A stretch of DNA of 56,923 bases. It comes from a virus. Its lineage: Duplodnaviria; Caudoviricetes. Position numbers and translations under genes: made by a program. This document shows positions 29,219 through 38,250 of the stretch, piece after piece; positions within the stretch are counted from its first letter, which is position 1; every line of letters begins with the position of its first letter. The DNA is taken from positions 1 through 56,923 of IMG/VR virus record IMGVR_UViG_3300018914_000073, one strand, 5' to 3'. The notes under the pieces are model-generated. The model had not been told where the DNA came from and ran no database searches. It worked only from the letters and a program-made list of their open reading frames with translations.

Positions 29219-29696
29219 CCGGGGCGTCGGCTTCAGCAGCGTCGCGGCCCGACTGGATATCGCTCGCAGCCCGTGCGCACCTCTCGCTGATTTCGGCAAG
29301 GACAGCATTGATCTCGTCTTCGATTTTCCTCCGGACAACAACGTCTTCCGTCACCCGGGCCGGCACCGATGCGAGGTCTGACACCAGTGAACCAATGATC
29401 GTGTCGAAGGCCGCCACCGCGTCCTCGACGGGCATCAGCAGGCGCTCGGCCTCATCGTTCTCGCGGCGCATCCGGCGGACCCGCTCGGCCTCAAGCGGGT
29501 CTTCCGCCTTTCGAGCGTCCGTTTCCGCTTTAAGCTTCCCACCGAAGTAGGCTTCGACGCTCTCTTTGAGCAGGTATTTTCCCCTGCCCGCCTTCGTCAG
29601 AACCCCTTGATCCGCAAGCTGCCGGATCCGGCGGTCGGTCAACGACAGCAGCCATCCGAGGGCACGCCCACTGACTTCGGTCGGGAGGTCTGTCAT
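29187..29696 (-). CDS. Terminase small subunit (Nu1-like)
   Basis: Winged-HTH LSLTDRRIRQL...GKYLL; directly upstream of the large subunit. Confidence 0.82.
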   Translation of the reverse strand: MTDLPTEVSGRALGWLLSLTDRRIRQLADQGVLTKAGRGKYLLKESVEAYFGGKLKAETDARKAEDPLEAERVRRMRRENDEAERLLMPVEDAVAAFDTIIGSLVSDLASVPARVTEDVVVRRKIEDEINAVLAEISERCARAASDIQSGRDAAEADAPDDSDGVGAEE

Positions 29697-29863
29697 CGGA
29701 AGCGGAAATGCCTTTTTGCGAGGGCCAAATATGCGCAAAACCCGGGCCGTTCTCCGCCCGCATGGAGGGGGTGCCAGGTAAGGACCCGCGCCCTCTTGGG
29801 GCGTGACATTGGTGCAACATGAAGGGGTTGCGACCACCCCATTTCAGAGGCGGGTTCGACCCC

Positions 29864-30433
29864 TCACTTGCCATCCAGGACGCGCAGGAGCTCATGTCCG
29901 AGACGGTCTGCTAGGTCTCGTTGAGCCACCTCATAGAAGGCTGCCTCGGTGGCGCCGCTGATCATCTCGTTGGGGATGACGACGCCGCTATCCACCATCT
30001 CGATGGGTGTCCTGGACTTGGAGGTTCGGCGGTAGACGTGACCGCCCATGTTGAGCGCGACGCGGTTGGGTTTGCGACCGCCTTTCAGGAATGCCATCGG
30101 AGTGTAGGAGCGCTTGCCGAATGGCTTGGCGCTGACGCCCTTCCTGACCTCCTTCGGGTCGAAGTACTTGAGGGAGATGTCTCCACCTCGAGACCAGATC
30201 GTGTAGGAGAGGTCGCCTTTCTGGGCGGCCTTCCTGACCTTCAGGGCTTTGACGATGGTCTTTCTCTTGAGCCCGGTCTGGGCCGTGAGAGACTTGACCA
30301 TCGCTGTTCTTGCCTGGGCTCCGGTGTGGTTGAGAGCCCGTGCGATAGCCACGGGCGCTCTCTTACCGGCTGCCGCAATCTGGTTGCCCAGGCGTGAGAC
30401 GTCGACCGTATCGATTCTGATCTGCAGCGCCAT
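29864..30433 (-). CDS. Minor tail protein, lambda Z-like
   Basis: AIARALNHT motif; basic protein. Confidence 0.7.
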   Translation of the reverse strand: MALQIRIDTVDVSRLGNQIAAAGKRAPVAIARALNHTGAQARTAMVKSLTAQTGLKRKTIVKALKVRKAAQKGDLSYTIWSRGGDISLKYFDPKEVRKGVSAKPFGKRSYTPMAFLKGGRKPNRVALNMGGHVYRRTSKSRTPIEMVDSGVVIPNEMISGATEAAFYEVAQRDLADRLGHELLRVLDGK

Positions 30434-30859
30434 CAAAACCTCGCGGATACATAACCTTGATACGTTGAGGCTAGCGGCGCCGTCGGCAGGATCGCTCTGG
30501 ATTGGCTCGCCCTCGCCGCTTGGGGCGGCGGGTCGATCCAGGTGAGAGCTCTACGAGGCTGCCTATCTGCGCTGACGCTTGATGATCGGCAGAAGGAGTG
30601 TTGCCCTCTGTCAATCGGGTGGTCAATGGGGCGTCGCGGTGTGCTTCAAATTATGAGCACACCTGGATCGGACGGGTCGGTTGGTTGCAAGCCCTTGAAG
30701 GAAGAGGCTTTCCCGCTGCCGTGCTCACCGCCGGGAGCTATGCTCATAACGGTGAATTTTGTTGGCTCCGATCATGGGATGAGCGGTTGACAGGATGCCG
30801 GCGGACACCGGCCCTGTCGCTCATCTTGCGACGTTTCGTGGCCCGCGTTTAAGGCGGGC

Positions 30860-30889
30860 AAGCTAGGTTCGTTTCGGCGTAAGGGTCAA
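30860..30889 (-). promoter_or_regulatory. Candidate sigma70-type promoter for the late operon
   Basis: Minus strand TTGACC-N17-CTAGCTT upstream of the packaging/structural operon. Confidence 0.3.
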
Positions 30890-30968
30890 CACAAAGGAGC
30901 ACTTAAATTAAGCAAAGCTGTTTGATAATGATGCCGGAGAGGGCGCGTGAAGTATTAAGGGGGGCACC

Positions 30969-31427
30969 ATGCCAAATAATGTCACTGCAGGTTCAGTTTC
31001 TACAATCATAATTTCAATGCTTCTGGCTGGGTGTAACCCATTTGAATCCAAGTTCGTTGCCGCGTGTGAGACCGCACTCAAAAGTCGGCTGCGCTCCCCT
31101 TCAGGATACAAGCGCGTTGAGGTCACAGAGTACAACAATCCAATTTCTATAGACGAATACGTCGCTATCCGCAGAGCCGAGAAGAGTGAACTTCTGAAAT
31201 TTGAAATAGATTACATGAAAAATAGTAATAAGCAGCCTACAAGGCACATCGCTTTCATAAGCTATGATGCACCAAACGCTTATGGAACCTTGGTCAGAGG
31301 AACCTCCCAGTGCGAATACGTTACCAGTGATGGCGACGCTTCACGTGCGAGCGAAATTTTGGTCAAGATCGATGGCAAGACGAACACTGATCGCTTGATC
31401 GATGCTGTTAAGAGCATGACTCAGTAG
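30969..31427 (+). CDS. Lipoprotein cargo gene
   Basis: Lipobox LLAG-C; lower GC; opposite strand to the late genes. Confidence 0.75.
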   Translation: MPNNVTAGSVSTIIISMLLAGCNPFESKFVAACETALKSRLRSPSGYKRVEVTEYNNPISIDEYVAIRRAEKSELLKFEIDYMKNSNKQPTRHIAFISYDAPNAYGTLVRGTSQCEYVTSDGDASRASEILVKIDGKTNTDRLIDAVKSMTQ

Positions 31428-31665
31428 GACGACAGCTCGAGCGGTCACTTCCAGGCCGCCGCGCCAAGCGCCGCTTCTCTGCCATGGTCTCGATCGTGCT
31501 GGTCACTGCCTCAGGCAGGAGCGCCGGCAGCAGATCCGGCATCGGAGGATCGGCCCGCTCGATGTCCTTCCGGCTCATCGGGCGAGGCGCGGCCTTGGCC
31601 AAGCCGATATTCCCCATCGTGGCGACGGCCGCAGCCATCGCAAGGCCAGCGAATCCAAGGCGCAT
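31408..31665 (-). CDS. Hypothetical protein
   Basis: GAGG RBS and ATG; hydrophobic N-terminus. Confidence 0.4.
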   Translation of the reverse strand: MRLGFAGLAMAAAVATMGNIGLAKAAPRPMSRKDIERADPPMPDLLPALLPEAVTSTIETMAEKRRLARRPGSDRSSCRPTESCS

Positions 31666-31805
31666 CGGGTCCTCACTTCTGCGCACTGCCAGGGGCTTTC
31701 CCAGCCGGATCAGGTCGGGTTAATCTTTGATTGCGTGTTCCGATCACGCCGCCCGAGCGCAGGCCTTTGAAGGCGGGTACTGGCCCGGGAAAGGAGGTGA
31801 GCCGC

Positions 31806-31925
31806 ATGGCTACACGCAAGATCGGTCGCAACGCTGGGACTGGCCGCTTCACCACTGTGAAGACGGCCAAGGGGCACCCCAAGACCCATGTCGTTGAGAC
31901 CATCAAGACGCCCAAGAAGAAGTAA
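31806..31925 (+). CDS. 39-aa basic microprotein with RNAGTGRF motif
   Basis: Strong RBS AAGGAGGTGA then ATG; MATRKIGRNAGTGRFTTVKTAKGHPKTHVVETIKTPKKK. Confidence 0.72.
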   Translation: MATRKIGRNAGTGRFTTVKTAKGHPKTHVVETIKTPKKK

Positions 31926-32274
31926 GCTTCTTTCGGGGCATCGGAGCGAGGTCGGGTCGGATCCGGCCTCGTCTCTTTTTGGCTGCGCCCATATCCCTCG
32001 CGACCATGGCAAGATTGATGCCTCAAACTGGGGTCGATGTCACCACCCCAAATTTTCCATTTCAAATCATGGGCATAGCTCGCCAGTTGCGAACGAAAGT
32101 CAAAAAATCTGCAATTTGATCAGCTTAGGCTGCACGGGTTAGGGCCTTGCAGTGTGCTGATAATGAATAATTTTCCTAGGGCGGCTCTCGACTCTCAGAC
32201 TTGGCCAAGGGCACACTGTGAAGGGGATATTCCCCTCCCTCATATTGTCCAACCTACCAGCTCCCTGACTACCA

Positions 32275-34053
32275 ATGCCAATCTTTCTCCACGGCCTCGC
32301 ACTTAGGTTCTACAGGGGCATCGGTCCGAAGACCGCGCGCCTTGCCCCGTTCAAGGACTTCAACTTTTTCATCGGCGCCAACAACGCAGGCAAGTCAACG
32401 GTTCTGAATTTCATCTCCGAGCATTTATTTCCGCTTCGATCCGCCTCACGGAAAAAAATTGCTGGTAAAGCTCTGTCGCCTCTTGAGCAATATAGAGGTG
32501 AAGAAACAGGCCAAACAGAACTCGAGATTGCCATCCCTATTGATCAGTTCAAGGCAACCTGTATCGAGCACCTTCAGCCGTCACACGATCATAGGTATGT
32601 AGAAAACATCGTTAGTCGAATATGCGATCACATTGCTGAAGATGGCTTCGTATGGCTTACTAATACGGTTCCGATCACAGGTGAGTTCAGCCTGAGGATC
32701 CAAGCAGACGACCTGATAGGCATCCAGGATATTAGTATACAAGACTGGAACCGCGTCTGGAACGCTGCAACGGCGCGGTCTGGCGGGGGTCTCCGTGATC
32801 ATTGGATTCCTGAGACCCTACACCGCTTTAAGACGGTTCAAAATATCGGCTTGCCCGAGGTGAAGCTCATCCCTGCCATACGGCAGATTGGGCCGAGCGG
32901 AGCAGAATTTTCGGATTTCAGCGGACAGGGCCTGATAGATCGATTGGCGCAGATCCAGAGCCCTGATCATGACATGCGGCATGAGCGAGAACTCTTCGAC
33001 AAGATTAACACGTTCCTTCAACAGGTAACTGGTCGCGAGAACGCGGTGATTGAAGTGCCCCATAATCGCGGGCACATCCTGGTCCACATGGACAACAAGG
33101 TTCTGCCTCTCACCTCATTGGGGACGGGCATCCATGAGGTGATCATGATCGCGGCATTCTGCACTCTCAGTGAGAACCAGATTGTCTGTATTGAGGAGCC
33201 TGAGATCCACTTGCACCCTCTGCTGCAGAGGAAGCTCGTCCGGTACCTACAAGAATACACCAGCAATCAGTACTTCATCGCGACCCATTCGGCAGCCTTC
33301 ATTGATACTCCAGGAGCCGCTATCTTCCATGTCACAAATGACGGGAAGCAGACCCATATTTCGGAGACTGTTCTCCCTAGCGAGCGGTACTCGATCTGCG
33401 TCGATCTGGGGTACAAGGCTTCGGATATTGTCCAGTCGAATGCTGTAGTCTGGGTAGAAGGCCCATCAGATCGCATATATATCCAGCATTGGATAAAGGC
33501 CGTAGCTCCGGAATTGATCGAAGGAATCCATTACTCGATCATGTACTACGGCGGGCGCTTGTTGAGTCACCTCAGCGCTGATGAAGACGAGATCAATGAA
33601 TTTATCGCGCTGAGGTCCCTCAACCAGAACCTCGCTCTTGTCATGGACAGCGATCGTAAACACGCTCGAGACAGCATCAATGCGACGAAAGAGCGTCTAA
33701 AGCGCGAGTTGTCGAGTGGTCCAAGCGTCGCGTGGATCACAAGGGGACGTGAGATCGAGAACTACATCGACCATGTCGCGCTGCAGGCTGCCGTTAAAGA
33801 GGTATACAGCTCCATCTATGCAGAACCGGCAGCCGGCGGCCAGTTCGATCACGCTCTCTACTTCAAGAGAACTGGACCCAGGCGGCGGCGAAGAGTGGCT
33901 GTCAGCGAGGGATCTCAGGATCTTATTCAAACGGATGTCGACAAGGTCAAAGTCGCGCGCCTCGTTTGCCAACAACCTGCAAATCTAGACATTCTAGACC
34001 TCAGGGAGCGAGTGGAGGAGCTGGTGGCTATGATCCGGCAGGCCAACCACTAA
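32275..34053 (+). CDS. OLD-family ATP-dependent nuclease (ABC ATPase plus TOPRIM); putative anti-phage defence
   Basis: GANNAGKS Walker A, IEEPEIHLHP, ATHS, TOPRIM VWVEGPSD...DSD, REIENY. Confidence 0.88.
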   Translation: MPIFLHGLALRFYRGIGPKTARLAPFKDFNFFIGANNAGKSTVLNFISEHLFPLRSASRKKIAGKALSPLEQYRGEETGQTELEIAIPIDQFKATCIEHLQPSHDHRYVENIVSRICDHIAEDGFVWLTNTVPITGEFSLRIQADDLIGIQDISIQDWNRVWNAATARSGGGLRDHWIPETLHRFKTVQNIGLPEVKLIPAIRQIGPSGAEFSDFSGQGLIDRLAQIQSPDHDMRHERELFDKINTFLQQVTGRENAVIEVPHNRGHILVHMDNKVLPLTSLGTGIHEVIMIAAFCTLSENQIVCIEEPEIHLHPLLQRKLVRYLQEYTSNQYFIATHSAAFIDTPGAAIFHVTNDGKQTHISETVLPSERYSICVDLGYKASDIVQSNAVVWVEGPSDRIYIQHWIKAVAPELIEGIHYSIMYYGGRLLSHLSADEDEINEFIALRSLNQNLALVMDSDRKHARDSINATKERLKRELSSGPSVAWITRGREIENYIDHVALQAAVKEVYSSIYAEPAAGGQFDHALYFKRTGPRRRRRVAVSEGSQDLIQTDVDKVKVARLVCQQPANLDILDLRERVEELVAMIRQANH

Positions 34054-34067
34054 CTGACCAACCCTAC

Positions 34068-34796
34068 TCATCTTACCCGAACCCGTGCACGGTGGAGCTG
34101 CTCGGCCAGGTAGGCCAGCCCGGCCGGCAGGTACCGATCCAGCGAGCTCCGGCTGAGGATCTTCTCGGGCATAACCTGCCAAGGCAGGGCGACCGGCGGC
34201 TTCAGGGCCGCCAGCTCGTTGCGAACCTGGATGGCGCGGCGTGCAATCTCCGGATCAGCTTCTCCCCTCGCCTGCAGCTCATGTGCCCGGGCCAGGAGGC
34301 TCCTGCCCTCATCGAGGAGGCTGGCCTTCGCCCGCTGGTACTCGGCCGCCGCCATGCGCTCGGCCATAGCCTTGGCCTTGGCCGAGCGCTCCCGCAGCAG
34401 TCGGGCGATCGAGAAGCCTCCGGCCTTGCACATGGCCCACAGCAGGACTGCATCGCAGGCCATGGGCTCATGGGCAGCGTACTTGAGAGGCCAAGCCAGC
34501 GCCTCGTCAGACATGCTGATCTCTTCGGCTGTGGGGCGCCGCAGGTTCTCGGCATAGGCCTCCCGGGCCGCGTTCATCGATTGCTCGTCGATCAGGTCTG
34601 AGAACTCGCGCAGAGCTGTCGGCCAGCCGCGGCCGTAGGACGATGGCGCGATCCGGCCTGAGGTGGCCATCAGGACGTCGAAGGCGTGGATCAGGCGATG
34701 AGCCACGTGCTCTGAGGTCCAAAATGGCGGGATCTCGTAGGAGCCCGGCCCTGCCCCTGAGGATTGAGAAGGGTCGAAGTCGAGCACATCAGGCAT
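34068..34796 (-). CDS. Putative late-gene regulator (DUF6362-like, Q-like position)
   Basis: WT..HV..RL..AF.VL, WP, RPTAEEIS..DEALAWP; last gene of the leftward early operon. Confidence 0.5.
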   Translation of the reverse strand: MPDVLDFDPSQSSGAGPGSYEIPPFWTSEHVAHRLIHAFDVLMATSGRIAPSSYGRGWPTALREFSDLIDEQSMNAAREAYAENLRRPTAEEISMSDEALAWPLKYAAHEPMACDAVLLWAMCKAGGFSIARLLRERSAKAKAMAERMAAAEYQRAKASLLDEGRSLLARAHELQARGEADPEIARRAIQVRNELAALKPPVALPWQVMPEKILSRSSLDRYLPAGLAYLAEQLHRARVRVR

Positions 34797-34893
34797 AGGC
34801 CACCTCAATTCCGTCCAACTTTCTTGCGCTAAATAGCTTGCGAGCTTCGTCCAACTTTGTTATACGGAATTCAACAAAGGGTTGGGGCGGGCG

Positions 34894-35175
34894 ATGATCC
34901 GGAGCTTCAAGGACAAGGTGACCAAAGCGGTTTTCAACGGAAAGCAACCCAAAGGCTTTCCTCCTGACCTCTTCAAAGCGGCACAGCGAAAGCTCACGAT
35001 GCTGAATGCGGCGACGTCCCTTGACGATCTGAAGTTCCCGCCGAGCAACAAGCTTCATCCGCTGACCGGAGATCGCAAGGGTCAGCACGCCATTTGGATC
35101 AACACGCAATTTCGTCTCTGCTTCACCTGGAAAGATGACGGCGCAGAGCAAGTCGAGATCGTCGACTACCACTAG
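34894..35175 (+). CDS. higB: HigB toxin (RelE/ParE superfamily)
   Basis: MIRSFKDK...RKLTML..A..LDDLKFPPSNKLHPL.GDRKGQHAI.IN.QFRLCF.W...VEIVDYH. Confidence 0.93.
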   Translation: MIRSFKDKVTKAVFNGKQPKGFPPDLFKAAQRKLTMLNAATSLDDLKFPPSNKLHPLTGDRKGQHAIWINTQFRLCFTWKDDGAEQVEIVDYH

Positions 35176-35199
35176 GTCTGAGATCGAGGAGGAAGAACA

Positions 35200-35850
35200 A
35201 TGCGTAAGAAGACTCCTACTACCGGTAGCCGGGAGACCCACGGCAAGTCCGGTTCCACTACGACCGGCCGCAACAAGTCTACAACCAGAGTATCCCGGGA
35301 TGCTGGCACGGGTCAGTTCAAGGCCTCTGCCAAGATGGCTACCAAGAAAATCTCGCGGCAGGGCACGCTCAAGGCCAGCCTTGTGACGTCCTTTGGACCA
35401 GTCCATGCCCTCCGGGGCGATACCGGCCGCGACCCTCCTGTAAAAAGGGGGCCTGTTGGCGGGGGGCGCAACGACATCCGCCACATGCTCGGATTTGAGG
35501 ATGTAGTCCAGCCGCGCAAGACGGAAGAGCCCCTCCTGATCGAGGCGAGCCATCCCCCGGTGCATCCAGGCGAGATCCTGCGCGAGGAGTTCATGGCGCC
35601 AGAAGGATTGACGGCCTATGCGATCGCGAAGGCCTGCAAAATTCCCCGCTCCAAGGTCGAGCGGATCGTGCGGGAGGATCTCGGCATCAGCGGGGACACT
35701 GCAGTCCGTCTCGGCCGATTCTTCGGCAACAGCCCACAGTTCTGGATGAACCTGCAGGCCACCTATGAGGTCATGAAAGCCAGCCAGGAGCTCGGCGATG
35801 CTGTTAACGAGATTGAGCCCTACAAGCAGGTAGACAAATCGGCTCTCTGA
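35200..35850 (+). CDS. higA: HigA antitoxin with a long basic N-terminal extension
   Basis: HPGEILREEF...ISGDTAVRLGRFFGNSPQFWMNLQ; RBS GAGGAGG before 35200. Confidence 0.88.
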   Translation: MRKKTPTTGSRETHGKSGSTTTGRNKSTTRVSRDAGTGQFKASAKMATKKISRQGTLKASLVTSFGPVHALRGDTGRDPPVKRGPVGGGRNDIRHMLGFEDVVQPRKTEEPLLIEASHPPVHPGEILREEFMAPEGLTAYAIAKACKIPRSKVERIVREDLGISGDTAVRLGRFFGNSPQFWMNLQATYEVMKASQELGDAVNEIEPYKQVDKSAL

Positions 35851-36011
35851 TGATTCCCTAATGGAGTGTTCGGCGGACTTGAGCACGGTATTGGGCCGGG
35901 TTTCCATGGAGGTGGGAACCCGGCCTTTTTCTTGCGGGTGAACCAAAGCAACTTCCCGTGACAGGATGCGTGACAGGTTCGTTTTCACGCGTGACAAATC
36001 CTCGCTGAAAC

Positions 36012-37346
36012 TCACCACGGCACCTCATCTTCCGTGATGGCAGGGTTCCATTGCGTGACGGAGCCCTGCTCCTCAGACTGCGGCTGCTGCCCCCTTTTCC
36101 CGCCCCTCAACTCCTTGCCGGTAAGCCAGACCCAAGGGTCGCTGGAGCCGATCAGGCCGAGGGCGATCAGCCTCTCGCCGCAGAACTTCCGGGCCTGCCT
36201 GAGAGCCGCGTTCCGCTTCTCGCCCTCCGGCTCTTCACCCATCCACTTCTTGGCAAAGGCGTCGCGGACGTGATCCTTGTGGACTACCCGGAAACCACCT
36301 GGCAGCTTGATGTTGTCGGGCGGCGCCTCACCATGCTCTTGGATCGCCTCCTGGACGGACATGAAGTAGTTGTAGACGCGGTCCGAGAGCTTCTTAGTGT
36401 CCTGCGGCTTGTCGCGCTCGACGCCGGCCAGAACACCCTCGTCGGGCAGGTCCACGACGCAGGATGTGACCTCGTCCCCATCCTCATCGACCCCGATCTT
36501 GACCTGCGGCAGGACGAACCGGAACCTGCGGTCGGCATCGCCGTCCTTGAGCTTGGTGACGACAGCCTCGCGGATCTTCCGGCCATTGGCGTCCTTGGCG
36601 ATGACGGCGCCTTTCCCGTTCTTGCCGCCATCCAGCTCGACCAGGGACACGTCCAGGACATTCTCGACGTCCGCGAACATGCTGGTATGGCCGCGTGCCT
36701 TTGTCCCGGCCGCATTCTTGTGGTGGACCAAGAGGACGGTGCAGCCGAGGGCCAGCTCCAGCTTCTTGCAGCGCCGGCGGATCGCTGAGACGTCCTTGCT
36801 CCCGTTCTCATCGGCGCCGGGCGTCGCCGCGCTGAAGGTGTCGATCACCAGCAGCTCGAGCTTGAAGTCAGGATATTGCTCTTCCCAGTACCGGCACTCG
36901 GCAATCAGGGCGTCGCAATCCTCGTCCGAGGCGTAGAGGTCGATCGGGAGGGTCAAGAGGACGAAAGGCAGACTGTTGTCGCCTTTCAGGCCGTGGAATT
37001 CCTCATAAGCCGGGATGCGCTTGTCGCGCACCCCTTTGGCGCTCTCCCCCGCCTGATAGATCACGAGGCCTCGGCGGGTCTTGTTCCCGAACCAGGGCGT
37101 GCCTCTCGCGACGGCCATGCCAATGTCGATCGCAAGGAAGGACTTGCCGGACTGAGAGGCTCCGACCAGCATGGCCTGCTCGCCCCGGGTGATCACGTTC
37201 TTGACCAGCCACTCGTGCTTCGAGGCACGAGGGGCGTGGCGCTCATGCCAGGGGATTGCACCGAACCGAGACCTGAACGGCTGGATCATCGCCGTCGTCT
37301 CGCGCTCGAACTGCTCGAAGGACTTGATGGAGGGAATAGCGTTCAA
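36012..37346 (-). CDS. RepA-family (AAA_25-like) replicative helicase
   Basis: GASQSGKS, LLVIDTFS, LLVHH, RGHTS; TTG start with GGGAGG RBS. Confidence 0.88.
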   Translation of the reverse strand: MNAIPSIKSFEQFERETTAMIQPFRSRFGAIPWHERHAPRASKHEWLVKNVITRGEQAMLVGASQSGKSFLAIDIGMAVARGTPWFGNKTRRGLVIYQAGESAKGVRDKRIPAYEEFHGLKGDNSLPFVLLTLPIDLYASDEDCDALIAECRYWEEQYPDFKLELLVIDTFSAATPGADENGSKDVSAIRRRCKKLELALGCTVLLVHHKNAAGTKARGHTSMFADVENVLDVSLVELDGGKNGKGAVIAKDANGRKIREAVVTKLKDGDADRRFRFVLPQVKIGVDEDGDEVTSCVVDLPDEGVLAGVERDKPQDTKKLSDRVYNYFMSVQEAIQEHGEAPPDNIKLPGGFRVVHKDHVRDAFAKKWMGEEPEGEKRNAALRQARKFCGERLIALGLIGSSDPWVWLTGKELRGGKRGQQPQSEEQGSVTQWNPAITEDEVPW

Positions 37347-37390
37347 TAGAGCCTCCCACAGGCAAGTCTTGAGGAAAGGAGCAGCACGAT

Positions 37391-38245
37391 ATGGAGAAGA
37401 TCAGACAGCAAGCGCGACGCGTTCCCTGGTGGGTTTGGGGTACAATCTGCGTGCTGGTGCCAATAGGTCTCTGGTTGACAGTCTGGCTCGGGAACAGTTG
37501 CTCTGTCCCTGGGCGTCGGCTCGCCATGAAGGCGGTTGGAGGCGCTGGTGGGGGAGGCGGCGTTGGGTGCTTCGAATTTTGGTTTTACCGGTACCAAGGA
37601 CTCCTTGCTGCGGCGGTGGCACTGGGGGCAGCCATCATCGCGGTTCGTCCGGTCTGGGTCCAACTTGCCGAGATGCGCAAACAATCGGCAGAAATGGCCC
37701 GGCAGTCCGCTCAACAAGCGTTCCAGACCCTCCGCGGACTGATAGTCCAACTTGCCGAAGAAGAGATCATAGTCCGAGATATCGAGCTCAATGCGAGCTA
37801 TTGCACGATTTTTGAAGAACGAGTGAGTTCCAGTGCTGAGAGCCCGGCATTCGCTCGGACACACTACAAGGATTTCGAACGGCGGCTCGAGGAGTTGGCT
37901 CTTCTTGAACGCAAGCTGCGCGAAAGCGGAGCAAAGAGCTGGGGTAGTAGAGAGGCTCACGGAGCGCGGGAAGACATATTCGCGGCGATCCTCGACCTCC
38001 GTCGTGCCATCCTCGATACGCAGAAGAAGATTCACTCTGTGGTTTATCGTTTTGATGGGGCATACAATGTTGCCGAGTGGCAGAAGGCTGCGGAAAATTT
38101 CCGAGGACTTAGCATGAAGAATGAAGCTGAGGCTCTTCGTGCAGCTTGTTCCAGGCTCCTGGGCGAGATCAGGGGTGAGCGGGATCGCATTGAACCTGCT
38201 CTCCACGAGGCCACTCAAGCAGCCTTCGGATTTGGTCCAAGGTAG
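37391..38245 (+). CDS. Membrane-anchored coiled-coil protein; inverted cargo gene between primase and helicase
   Basis: AAGGAG RBS; two hydrophobic segments then a helical region. Confidence 0.7.
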   Translation: MEKIRQQARRVPWWVWGTICVLVPIGLWLTVWLGNSCSVPGRRLAMKAVGGAGGGGGVGCFEFWFYRYQGLLAAAVALGAAIIAVRPVWVQLAEMRKQSAEMARQSAQQAFQTLRGLIVQLAEEEIIVRDIELNASYCTIFEERVSSSAESPAFARTHYKDFERRLEELALLERKLRESGAKSWGSREAHGAREDIFAAILDLRRAILDTQKKIHSVVYRFDGAYNVAEWQKAAENFRGLSMKNEAEALRAACSRLLGEIRGERDRIEPALHEATQAAFGFGPR

Positions 38246-38250
38246 TAACC

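Noticed and set aside
9738-29290. Long plus-strand ORFs over the structural genes (e.g. 9738-11309, 18885-20291, 22484-23749, 27956-29290)
   Set aside because: Antisense shadows of GC-rich minus-strand genes, with no motifs or coupling
29700-29860. Exact cos site
   Set aside because: The position upstream of the small terminase is plausible, but the cut site cannot be defined from sequence alone
32275-37346. Gabija system (OLD nuclease plus helicase)
   Set aside because: The nearby helicase is a RepA/AAA replicative helicase on the opposite strand, not a UvrD-type GajB
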